A DNA stretch of 64,000 nucleotides, taken from assembly GCA_951406725.2 (NCBI GenBank), contig OX597818.1, forward strand, positions 82,212,001 through 82,276,000. Reading direction: 5' to 3'. The notes under the pieces were generated by a model. It made no database searches and was not told the DNA's origin. It worked only from the letters and a program-made list of their open reading frames with translations. Below, piece after piece: positions 40,869-56,635 of this stretch (its first letter is position 1; each line of letters opens with the position of its first letter). Source of the stretch: Octopus vulgaris (lineage: Eukaryota). The position numbers were made by a program, and so were the translations under genes.

Positions 40869-41085
40869 AAATTTGTTAACAAGTCGTTCAACTCCATTCT
40901 TTCATAAACTTTTTAAACTTTAAAAAATTTTTAATAAACATACAAATTTCCGCATGAAAGCACGTAGTCTATGCCCTAGGGACGTAACTTTAACCGTGTT
41001 CTTTCTGATGTGAATTTGCTACCCAGGTATCGGTTATCTTTCGAATTATCCTTAATAAGATAATTCATTCAACTACTCAAATATA

Positions 41086-41149
<64 letters not shown>

Positions 41150-41363
41150 TAATGCTTTTGTGATCAATAATGACTAGTTTTTGTTGTTTGTATTTTTCGA
41201 TTCGCTTATGTGTGTGTGTGTGCGCTTGCTTGCTTATACATTACTTTATTATATTTGAAACATTAAAATGTGTTCATGTGAAACTGGAGTGTATACGTAA
41301 TTAACTTTTTGGACAGATTTCGGAGCAGTTTTTTATCGCTCTCACATGTAAAACGTCCCTGGT

Positions 41364-42760
<1,397 letters not shown>

Positions 42761-42764
42761 AACG

Positions 42765-43150
42765 GTAGCCAGTGGGCGTATTGTGATAAAGGCGGCTTTT
42801 TACTCTCACCAATATCACTTTGGCTTTCATCAATTCGGGGTTGACCGAATACAATACCAGTATAAAACTGGGGGCGAGGTTATTGACTAACCCTTTCACA
42901 CTACGGTACCTGGCCTTGTGTCAAACTTTGATTTAATCATTATAAGGCGGTGAGCTAGTAGATTCGTAAGCGCATGGTGCAAAACGTTTAAACTGCACTC
43001 GTTTTGGATCCTTTTTTTTTTTCGATTAAATACCACTAGGTATTTTGCTTTCATCATTTCGGGGCCGAGAAAATAAGTATCAGTTCAGCAGCGGGATCAA
43101 CGTAATTAATTTACTTTTTACTCTCAAAAGTGATAGTCGTGTGCCAAAAT
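42765..43150 (+). mobile_element. Two decayed SINE family B copies
   Basis: GGCTTTCATC...TACCAG...CTGGGG and GGCGGTGAGCTAGTAGATTCG...CTTTCATCATTTCGGGGCCGAGAAAATAAGTA motifs. Confidence 0.65.
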
Positions 43151-43664
43151 TTTTTGTATTGAGATACTCATGACATGAGAATTATGCTGTATTTGTAGTA
43201 ATTGATAATATCCACGCTGTTGCTGTTCTTAACGACGAGGTTGGTGGGGATGCTGATAATAATGATGATGATGATGTTGATTATGGTGATGATACTGATG
43301 ATGGCGCTAAATCTATAGATATAGCCTAGCCATTGTTCCTATTATTGTCTGCTGTTATAAATATATTTGTGGTCGACGCTGTTTTGTTTATTGCTGGTAT
43401 ACATACATACGTTATATATATATATATATATATATCTACATAAATACATATGTATATGTACATATATATATGTGAATATGTATATATATATATATGTATA
43501 TATATATTCACATATATTCACATATATATATGTACATATACATAAGTATATATATATATATATACTTATATATATATATACATATATACATATATATATA
43601 TATGCATACATGTACATATATATGTATATATACATATGTATAAATACATATATATATATACATA

Positions 43665-43697
<33 letters not shown>

Positions 43698-43739
43698 TCA
43701 CATATATATATACATATATATGTATATATGAATACATAT

Positions 43740-43784
<45 letters not shown>

Positions 43785-44974
43785 CATAAACATATACATA
43801 TATATGTATATATATATATATACACACATATATATATATATAAGAGAAAGAGAGGGAGGGGGAGAGAGAAAGGGTGAGGGAGAGATGGAAGGAGTGAAGG
43901 CGAATAATTTTGCAATTGTCCTTACCATAGAACTCACTGCTACATGTCGCTCCACTTGTTGTTGTTGTTATTGTTGTCGCTGTTATTGTTGTTTATTCTT
44001 TACAATTGTTGTTCTAACGCATTTCATTGTTGTTGTACCTGTTGGTAAAGTTATTGTAGTTGTTGTTGTAGTTTTTTTGTACAAAACAACAACAACGCCA
44101 ACAAAATCCGTTCGTGGCTGCTGACTACGTTTTTTTGCTTTTTACGACTTGTGTTAGTCGTTGTTGTTGCAGCTTGTTTATTTGCTATTGTAATCATAGT
44201 AACCGTCATATAATTGTTGTTGTTGTTGCTGATGTTACTGTAGTTGTTGTTGTTGATATTGTTGTTGATGTTGTGTTGGTTGTTCATACTATTGTTAATG
44301 TAGCAGAAATTGTTATAGCCAAGGTTTACAGTTAATTGTTTGTTGCAATACCATTGTTGATATTAGTGGTGGTGGTCATGCAGATGTGGATGTTGCTGCG
44401 ATGGCGGCGGTAGTGGCAGCAGTGGCGATGGCTGTGTCAATTCCGGTGGTGGCGGCAATGCAGGTGGTAGTGGCGGTGGTGGTGGTGGTGGTTTTTGATG
44501 AAATAAGTAGAGGGTGTAGGCGGGGATATTTGTGGCTTTAGTTACACTCTGCTGAACACATCAGCAATGATGAAGTGGCAAACGATGTTTCATGCCTCGA
44601 TGCACATCCACTTGTTGTACGGGGGTACATTGTTCATGAAGAGGTAAAGAGGATGTAGGGCGGGAGTCGGATGAGGAGGAAGTGGTGTAATGGCTGAGGA
44701 GGAAAATGTATGTCTTTGTTTTCTTCCAAATAGGACAACCAGAGCACACGCACGCGCCGGCATAGGTGTATGCACTATGTAAAATATGTAACGCTATGTA
44801 CATACATATATACACACACATACACACACATACACACACATATATAGCTATGTGTATGTATGCGAGTGTTGGTGTGAGTGTTTCTCACACGCATGTATAT
44901 GAGTTCTTTCTCCTCCCTTCATCTTAATCCTTCTCCTTTCCCATCGCTCTCTTTCTCATGCTTGTATTATGTAT

Positions 44975-45014
<40 letters not shown>

Positions 45015-45084
45015 AATATATATATAATTATATATATATATATTTATATATATATAATTATATATATATATATTTATATATATA

Positions 45085-45139
<55 letters not shown>

Positions 45140-45174
45140 GCATGTCCTTACAGGCAAACACAAGCATATTCATA

Positions 45175-45215
<41 letters not shown>

Positions 45216-45411
45216 GAACTATATAGCATGATATTGATATAATACATATATGCGTGTATATATGTACATACATATATGTATATATGTGTATACATACACA
45301 TATACATACGTAAAATCATATGCATATATATGCAGATAAATGCATACATATATATGTAAAAGTATATAAGGTAGGATGTTTAAGAGAGAGATAGATAGAT
45401 AGGTAGATAGG

Positions 45412-45475
<64 letters not shown>

Positions 45476-45601
45476 GACAGAGACAGAGAGAGAGAATGTG
45501 TGTGTGGTGGGAGACCGAGAGACAAACAGACGCAAACCTGATGAATATTGACATTGATATACACACACTCACACTCACTAATCCATATACTTGCAAATGT
45601 A

Positions 45602-45678
<77 letters not shown>

Positions 45679-45760
45679 TTATTTATATATATATGTTTAT
45701 ATATATATATTTATATATATATATTTATATATATATACACTTACATTTATAAATACATAC

Positions 45761-45828
<68 letters not shown>

Positions 45829-46044
45829 ATACATGAGTACGTTGATACACATATATGTGTACATTTGTGTCTGTCCATGGATACGCGTTTCCCTCACTGT
45901 GTATGTAAACAACCCTATAAATGTGTGAATAAGACAGTACACATACACATCGTATACATCAGTACAATTAGTCCACATTAGTTTATAAATTGTCACGTGT
46001 AGTTGTGTCTTACACATACGTATACACAGCCACACACACAGCAT

Positions 46045-46089
<45 letters not shown>

Positions 46090-46300
46090 TTTGTCTGTGG
46101 TACGGAGACATTGGTAGAAATATCTCTATTTGATGAATGTATAGAAGGTCAGCATCATAACTTTACTAGACAAGTTATTGTACGTTCAAAAACCTATTCA
46201 CACACGAATGAGAAATACTTCACAAGAAATTTACATGGATGTACGTGCATGGGTTACTTGCTGTACTCGTGGGTGTCTCTCTGTATGTAAATACCTCCAT

Positions 46301-46434
<134 letters not shown>

Positions 46435-46507
46435 GTATATCTATCTATCGATCTATCTATCGATCTATCTATCAGTCTATCTATCTATCTATCTATCTAT
46501 ATATATA

Positions 46508-49500
46508 TTTTATTTTACTTTATCTAGTTTCAGCTCACGAGCTGTGTCCATGCTGGGGCACCGCCATTTGGTGTTGCTACATGATTTTACTTCATGAATG
46601 CTTTTTAGCAATTGCCATTTGGTGCATGAGAGTGTTCGATGTAGCTGCCCTCATCTCCACCTCCTGTCCTGAAGTTGGTTCATCTGGGACACCTGACAGG
46701 AAGAGATCCTGTTTTATTTTAAAGACATCTTCATCCACCCCATGCAGGTCTCTCAGGTTCTTCGGGAGAATATTGAAGAGCTGTGGGCCTCTGAAGCCCA
46801 GGCTATCACAGTATCTTATCCTACATCTTGATGGCAAATTTGGAGTCCTTGGCACTATGCAGTGGCACCCAGTTCTAGCATTTGTATAACTCTCGATGCC
46901 AAAGTTTGGGACAAGACCTTCTAGGATCTTCCAGATGTATATTATGGCATATCTTTCTCGCCTACGCTCTAAGGAATAGGGTCTTAATCTCTTGAGTCTT
47001 TCCCAGTAGCTTATATGCTGCACAGAGGCTATCTTCGTGTAGCTTCGTTGGATCGCCTCAAGTTCTGGGATTAACTTGACACTGGATGGTGACCATAGCT
47101 GAGAGCAATAGTCAAAGTGGCTTAGGACAAGTGTCCTTCAGAGGATCATCATGGTTTCCTGGTCTCTTATTCTAAAGGTTCTAAGAATCCATCCGGTCAG
47201 CCGCCTACATTTCATTGCCAATTTAGCAACATGCATCATCACTCATGTAAATACCCAGGTCTAGCACTGATTGTGCCTCTGGGATTGCAATCCCTCCAGA
47301 TCCAGTGTATTTATTTGGTATTGCATTTACTTTTGCATGCGGATAGCATAAAGCATGAAACTTTTCAGCATTGAACTGCATTCTATTCTTTACAGCCCAC
47401 TTGTATATTTTGTCCAGCTCACAATGCAGGTGCATAGTGTTCAGGCTTCTGTATTGCCTGTGAAACTTTTGTATCATCTGCATAACTTGTGATCGTGGCT
47501 CTCTGCGTGGCTGAGGGCATGTCTGAGAGGGCCATTATGAACAGTTGTGGTCCTAAAACAGTGCCTTGCGGAACACCGCTTATTATTTGCGTGTTAATGG
47601 CTACTACCACCTGGCTTCTATCCTTCAGAAAGTCATGTAGCCATTCTCCCAATTTTCCAACTATGCCAAGATCACGCAGTTTGTGACATATAATTCCATG
47701 ATCGACTTTATCAAAGGCCTTTGCAAAGTCAAGATATATGACTTCCACATTTGAGTGGTTGAGCAGTCGTTTCAGCACCCAGTCATAGTGTTGTAGGAGC
47801 TGAGTTAGGCAGCTTCTTCCTGGTCTGAAACCATGTTGGGTATCAGGCAGCAAGTCGTTTTCTTCAAGGAAGGTGATTAGTTTCCTCCTGACTATTCGTT
47901 CCATGACCTTGCTGATGTGTGAGGTCAGAGAGATAGGCCTGTAGTTCTTGGCCTCCGCTCTGCTACCTCCTTTATGAATAGGGCATATTTTACCTTCCTT
48001 CAGTTTTCTTGGAAGTTTGCCAGTTACAAGGAAGCTCTGAAAGAGGAACTGCAGTGGTCTTGCTAGGAATCTCTTACATAATTTTAGAAGGATTGCTGGG
48101 AATCCATCGGGGCCAGTAGCTGAGTTTGCTTTCATTTCATCTATAGCCTTTATTACATCGTCTTCCTTTATATTGATGTAATCAATCATCGCTGCCTCTG
48201 ATTTTATATCTGCAGTGGTAAAGAAGTCAGTTGGATTGCTGACTTCAAAATGCCCTTGGGGTGGAGTGAAAATACTCTTGAATTGCTCATTTAGTATTTC
48301 ACTTATCCTCATTGGATTTCCTGTGAGTGTGCCATCCCTTTCAAGGAGTGGCCCTATCCTACAGTGCATCGTAGCTGTTTCTTTGGCATACCTGTAGAAA
48401 GGTTTGGGGTTAGATTTTATGTTGTCTATAGCCCAGGATTCTTTGTTTGCTCTTTCTTTTTCATGGGAGAGTTGCAGATATTTTTCAATTTCCAACAGTT
48501 TTATTTTCAGGCGGGACATTTCACTGCTTTCAATTTGTTTAGGCGATTTGAAACTTTTGTACGCCGTCTCATAAGAATTTTCCTCTCTCTGGGGATTTTT
48601 TTCTTGTGTACAGTGGCCTGGCTCTCTGGGATACATTTGTAGCATATGGCATGCATTACAGATATGAATTGTTGAAGTTTCATGTCGATGTCTGGCGAGG
48701 AGAGACATTCAGGCCAGTTTTGTTTGAGGATCTCTTTCTCAATTTGTTTCCAGTTTGACTTATGGAAGTTCAAGCTGGAAAGATTCTGAGTGTTTCTTGT
48801 AGATTGCATGTCCATGCTTTCCTTTGGCCTCCTACATGGTCAGCTCTACCATGTTGTGATCCGAGAGTAGTGTCGGTGTCACTTTCACATTATGGATGAG
48901 ATCCATATTATTTGTGAAGCAGATATCCAATATGTCACCTGCCCTGGTTGATTGGAGTATTATTTGCTCCATGTACAGAGTGTTGGTGAGGTTCAGGAGG
49001 GACCTCGCCTGTCCTCGTTCGCCTCATGTCATTCCTGGGAGAGAAAGGCCCTCTAGCCATCTGACATTGGGCAGATTGAAGTCTCCCATAAGAAGTACAC
49101 TTATGTGTTGTTCTAATGTGACTAGAACTTCTATTTTTATAAGGCAGTCTTCAAACTTGCCTACATGGATTGGGGCATCTGGAGGGCGATATGTAGCACA
49201 TATAACTACACCAAGTGGCCATATATGTACAATTAGTGTGTCACACACCGAATTTGAGTATGACAAAAGGACCTGGGGAGTGAGGTCCTCACATATGTAC
49301 ATAGCAACTCCTCCATGACTCCTTTCTTTTCTGTCGGTCCGTAGTACAACATAATGTGGTATGTGTATTTCCGCATCTGCTATGTCCGGTTTCAGGTCTG
49401 ATTCCGTAAGTGCTATGCATAAGGCTTGATTGTATGCAACAAGGTCTCTCAAGAACGGGATTTTTGTCCTGTTACTGAGTGTTAGCAGTCCTCTGATGTT

Positions 49501-49613
49501 CAGTAGGAGCATCGAGGTGATGCGTGTGCTGTTGCCGGTGCTGTCCACCTTGGGTCTATTTGCTGTGGCGGTCTTGTGTATTGTGGATAGTCCCATCTGC
49601 GAGTTTGAGTTTG
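46508..49613 (-). mobile_element. CR1/L2-group LINE: near-complete ORF2 (APE endonuclease and RT) with 3' UTR; frameshifted; no ORF1 present
   Basis: APE: LLNIRGL, IALTES, YRPP, GDFNLP, LDICFTN, SDH. RT: GPDGFP, NYRPISLTS, QHGFRPGRSC, YLDFAKAFDKV, SGVPQGTVLGP, YADDTK. C-terminus YSLERRRERY, GPQLFN. Flanked by (TA)n/(TATC)n. Confidence 0.95.
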
Positions 49614-49645
49614 TATATATGTATGTATATATGTATATATATATG

Positions 49646-49691
<46 letters not shown>

Positions 49692-49692
49692 A

Positions 49693-49735
<43 letters not shown>

Positions 49736-49886
49736 GTAGATAAAAAAAATTTTTTCTTTAAATATATATAATACAGATATATATATATATATATATAGAT
49801 ATATATGTATTATTATATATATATGTATATATATATATTATATACACAGATCTATCTCTCTATTTATCTATCTCTCTATTTATCTG

Positions 49887-50015
<129 letters not shown>

Positions 50016-50043
50016 CATGCCTATATATTTATATGTATCTATC

Positions 50044-50088
<45 letters not shown>

Positions 50089-50300
50089 ATTTGAATATAT
50101 GAAAAATTTCACTCAGTTATGCATGAATAGCTATGACTAAATAATGTATTGCATGATGTATGTCTGCCTAGAAACACTCATGCAACACACGCGCACACGT
50201 ACACACATAAACAGACATATATACACTTATATATCAATATGCATATTCATTATATTCCGTACCTACACGAAAATGATATAATGACTTATATATATATATA

Positions 50301-50356
<56 letters not shown>

Positions 50357-50605
50357 TATTCAAAGATTCGCTTCAACAAATGCTTTGAATACTGTATTAT
50401 GAAAAAAATTCGAATATCCATAAACAGAGATATATCATGCGTAACTGTATGTATGTTTGTGTGTATATGTATATATATACTTGATTATTTATGTATGTTC
50501 CAATCTATGTATTCATAATATTGATGTGTCAATAATAAGTAATATTTTACCCATTGATACGCTACACCAATATACACACGCACATAACCACACATACACA
50601 TACAC

Positions 50606-50689
<84 letters not shown>

Positions 50690-50825
50690 AGATACAGATG
50701 CATATGCAGCTATAGACATCCATATGTATGAGCATAAACTCACAATCTATCTGTGTATGAAACTATTTCATTAAACACGCATTCATATAGGTGTAATTAA
50801 AAATACATTCTTTAGTCATTCTTCT

Positions 50826-50997
<172 letters not shown>

Positions 50998-51924
50998 GCA
51001 AATGAAATAAGTCGTCTTCTTATTGATACTTTTAGTATTGTTATTATTTTCTTTCCACTTTTCATTATATACACAACCATCTCCCACAAATTCATATGAA
51101 ACTCAAATTTTTCGTACGCTAATTGTGAATGTTATACATGCTGTTTCGCTAGTAACATATTTTCTAATAAAACTATATTCTGAGCACATTTCTATGTATT
51201 TACTCTAAACATGCAATATTTTTCATATTGCATTTAAGTCGTTTTCATTTTCAATTTTTTTTCCATTCGAGACTTCATACTCTAAAGCTGTTTCTAATTT
51301 AGCTGCCATCTATTTGTTATTTAGGTTACTAAGACATGGCTAAGTATCTCATTATTATTACTTAATGTAAACAACTAGTTAATTGAAATCTTAAAGCAAA
51401 TTTTATCGCTGATTATAATTACGTCTTTAATCTAATGCCATGTGCTAAATAATGAGATCGAACGGCCTTCATTTTCTTGACATTATTTATATCCATGTTG
51501 TGCTTAAACCTACAAACGTTCTTCTTTATTAATCCTATGTTTATCCGCATTTAATTAATTGCGATTCCAATTAATGTAATCTAATCATTAGGAAGCCAGG
51601 TGTTGAATTATAGATATGTTCTTTATTTTATTCTATTTCAGTAGACGCCGTGTGTACTAAAGTTTAAGAAATTATCGTCTGCAAACAACTTGAATGGCGA
51701 GTAGCAAATTTTGTGTAAGTAAAGACGCACCGTCGTATTAAGTGCTCCCCAATTTCAGCAGTTTTTGGCGCATCAAAGCACGCAATAATGGACAAGTTTG
51801 CAGAAGACCAGGGTGGTTTTTGAGACATCGAAATAACAACAATAAATGCTTTTGATATGGTTGGTTTGGTTGTTTATACCTCAGCTCTTAGGCAAACCAA
51901 ATTGTCAATAATTAGACGCACTTA

Positions 51925-52120
51925 GGCAGCGAGCAGGAGAGCTAGCTTGTCGAAAATGCTCTGCAGTATTTCTACCATTATGTTCTGAGGTCAGTTTCCT
52001 CTAACGTGGACTTTGCTCTTCATCATGTTCGGTGGAAAAAATAAGTACCAGTTGAGCACAAGAGCTGGTGTAATCCGTATAACCCCACCTTAAAATTACT
52101 GACCTTGAGTCAAACACTGA
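51925..52120 (+). mobile_element. SINE family B, decayed
   Basis: GACTTTGCTCTTCATCATGTTCGG...AAAATAAGTACCAGTTGAGCAC. Confidence 0.7.
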
Positions 52121-53192
52121 ATAATCATTTGGACAGATTAGAAAGCCTGACTCACCTGGAGCACGGAGACATATTCTTTATCTCTATTTTATTTATTCTC
52201 TGTTTACATTTGAACGCCTAAAATCAATATTATTTTAATATCCTTCGTTTTTTTTTGTGTGTGCTGTTAGTTCATATGCAACAGGAATCGTCTTAGAATT
52301 TTATAATTTGGGAGTCAATAACATAAGAATTTAATGAGCACTGGGGTCGATGTATTCGACTAGATCCTCCCAGCCACAACACTTCAGCCCTTGTAACTAC
52401 AGAAGAATGAAATATTTCATTAAATATATTTAAGCGTTATCTGTAAATATCATCGACATTATTTCAATATCTATATACATATTTATTACAGTTCTTGCAC
52501 TACCGCCATGCTCTCCGTAGCATCAAACTTAATGTATATTTACTGAATATACATTAGGGCATTAGAAGCAAAACAGAGAAATGCATAGTTCTTTTTAACA
52601 TTGAAACCCGAAATAGCTACATGTATAAGTATTAGGTAGGTAAATTAAATTTCCGGTCAAAAATCCTTTTGCATATGAAAAGTAAAGGTTTTCAATCCAA
52701 AAAATTTTAAGCCAATAATTATACGCTATTATTTATAAATTTATCTACTTCAAGTTTCACCGTTAATACGAATTCTTTCACTTCTCCCAAAGTTACTAAA
52801 TTCTTTTAAAATAAACAAGGAAAATAAATGGTTATATTCAACAAATGCCCAACAGTTTGTCTTCAGTAGATTTGAACGTAAGACCTGTTTGCCAGTAAGT
52901 CTAATATTCATACACGCCCATACTCCAGTTATTTCAAAGTAGTCATTTAATGATCAACTCCAGAAACTATAACGTACAGATCTGCCTCTCAGGATGATCA
53001 ACTACAGACAAAGCGTTAGAATTACTATAATTTTCATTCAATTATATATTTCCATTTTGCTCAGAAACACGTTAACATTGCCAAGAATCAGCTCTGGAAC
53101 TATATTATCAGAATCCATATAAGAATAAGAAAATCATCAAAGCTTTCATCGCATATATGACAATATGATGTATATATAGAAAATTATATATA

Positions 53193-53279
<87 letters not shown>

Positions 53280-53349
53280 GTAGTATATATATATTTATGT
53301 AGTATATATTTATGTATGTATATGTGTGTATGTGTATATCGATGCATCG

Positions 53350-53420
<71 letters not shown>

Positions 53421-54061
53421 GTATATATATTTATATACGCATATATATACACATAATATTTATGTATACATACACATATATACACTGTATATTTCATGTA
53501 TGTACGTTTTACATTATTATGTCGAAACATATATGCTTACAGATGTATGCTCATATATACTCATATGCTGATGAACAGATGCACAGCAAACGCATATGTG
53601 AATGTGTGTGTTGTGCGTCAATGTGCATGATGCTATAAGTGGGTATTATCTATGTTGTTTGTGTATGTGTGTGTGTGTGTGTGTGTGTCTGAGAACTAGA
53701 GCGAGAGAATGAAAGAGTGTATGCGTACATATAAACAAAATTGCTCTAGTGAAGTGTGTCTTTTGTTCTCAACGGATGCCAGAAATATTCCAATGGCAAG
53801 CAAGACAGCAAATTGCTCTAAATGGTTTTAATTTCCTCATCTTTGTCTAGAAAAAAAATAGAAAACGAAATACACATAATACATATAAATATATATACAC
53901 ATAAACATATATATATATGTGTGTGTGGGGTGTGTGTGTTTGCCTGTGTGTGTGCCTGTGTGTGTGCCTGTATGTGTGTGTGTGTCTGTGTGTGTGAATA
54001 TATATATATATATGACTTAAAATGAATACTAATATTAAACTGAATCGTAATAGTAAAGATA

Positions 54062-55085
<1,024 letters not shown>

Positions 55086-55288
55086 CTTCTTCTTTCAAAT
55101 TTGTTTCCATTTCTTGCCGAGTGTCTTCCCGACTCCTAGGGCAAAGAAACTCATAGTATACATTGGTAGGCCATTAAACTAAACTCAATAGTTCGTTCAT
55201 TTTTTTTTAAGTTAAAAAAAACTATTACTACATGGGTAGTAATAGTTCTCACAGCGACAATGCTCTTCTCAATACGTGTGATGTACCA

Positions 55289-55357
<69 letters not shown>

Positions 55358-55569
55358 GTGGCGAGCTCGCAGAATCCTTTGCACCGGTATATCGTCTATC
55401 TTTAAGTTTTGAGTTCAAATTCTAACTTTCATCTACGTCTTTTTTTAGCACTGGCGGTAGGGGGAGGTTCGATGCAGTCGACGGAGCCCGCCTTTAAAAG
55501 TTCAGACATTAGGTCCATAGTATGGTTCATTACTATCATTTCAATTCACTTAACTTCTGATTTGCCTGT

Positions 55570-56290
55570 GTCTATGTCACGTGTCAGTTTCATCCCGCAG
55601 CATAGAGACAGAACACTTTCCATAATACGAACTATTTCAAGTATTGCTATCATCCAAATACTTCCTAAAAAGTGTGATATTTACAGCTTTTGATGCTAGA
55701 ATATTGCCCTTTTTGAGATGGTCCCAAATGCACCGATTACAATAGGTACCACAATTGGTACCACAGTCCATTTCTAAGTCTAGTTACTTCCTGATTACTC
55801 GTCCTCTCTCTTAACAATATTGTGATTTGCAGGTATAGCTATGATGATGCAAATCCATTTTTTGGACTCCTTCCGTAGGAGAGTGATACCTGGTCGGTTA
55901 TGTTGCAGCATTTTATTTGTATAAATTGGCTCATAACATGTGAGTCTCTCCTGATGCTTCTCTGCTATTTGTAAAAGCTGTTGCTCAGAAACTTGGCACA
56001 TTCCCGCCCATATTTCTTGCACAACTCCTAGTGTATTTGCACTCCTATTTTGTCATAGCATTTTTTGCATTCCTATTAGGCTAGTTTTGAGCGTCCACTA
56101 ATCATATGTCTGTCTCAAATGATTTTTCTACATTGTCTACACACATTTAATGCTGCTCTCTTACCAATGCCACACTAGATTGAATTAGTAGGTAAAGCTT
56201 CGTCTTGCGCAGCTAGAATCAGCCCTTTTGTTTCCTTCTTTAAAAAAACCTGCAATTACGATATCCAGGATTCGTCAACGTCTTCGTCAT
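55570..56290 (-). mobile_element. R4/Dong-like LINE C-terminal fragment (CCHC and RLE)
   Basis: GLILAAQDEAL, CRQC...HMISG, IH*ELCKKYG, HNRPGITLL...IIIAIP, VPIVIGAFG. Confidence 0.8.
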
Positions 56291-56348
56291 GTTTGCTGTC
56301 TTCACCATCCTCATCATCCTCATCATCCTCATCATCATCTTCATCATC

Positions 56349-56410
<62 letters not shown>

Positions 56411-56450
56411 TATCATCATCATCGTCATCATCATCATCATCATCATCATT

Positions 56451-56635
56451 AAGGCAGTGAGGTTGCAGGATGGTTAGCACGCCGGTAAAAATGTTTAGGG
56501 ACGCTTCGTCCGCGTTTACGGTTTGTGTTCAAATTCCGCCGTGCTCGACTCTGCTTTTTATTCTCTCGGAGTCGATAAAGTTATTACCAGTTGAGCACAA
56601 GTGTCAATGTAATCGACTTAACACACTTCCCCTAA
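56451..56635 (+). mobile_element. SINE family B directly after (CAT)n
   Basis: GGTTAGCACGCCGGTAAAAATG...GTTCAAATTCCGCCG...GTCGATAAAG..TACCAGTTGAGCAC. Confidence 0.8.

Larger units (their letters stand above)
38218..41080 (-). mobile_element. Young 5'-truncated Penelope-like retroelement with inverted pLTR
   Basis: RT and GIY-YIG coding region, 3' UTR, and a 163-bp inverted repeat (38218-38380 versus 40749-40911); bounded by (TA)n on both sides. Confidence 0.95.

Noticed and set aside
44567-44696. C/D-box snoRNA-like pair ATGATGA...CTGA
   Set aside because: No terminal stem and no recognisable guide sequence.
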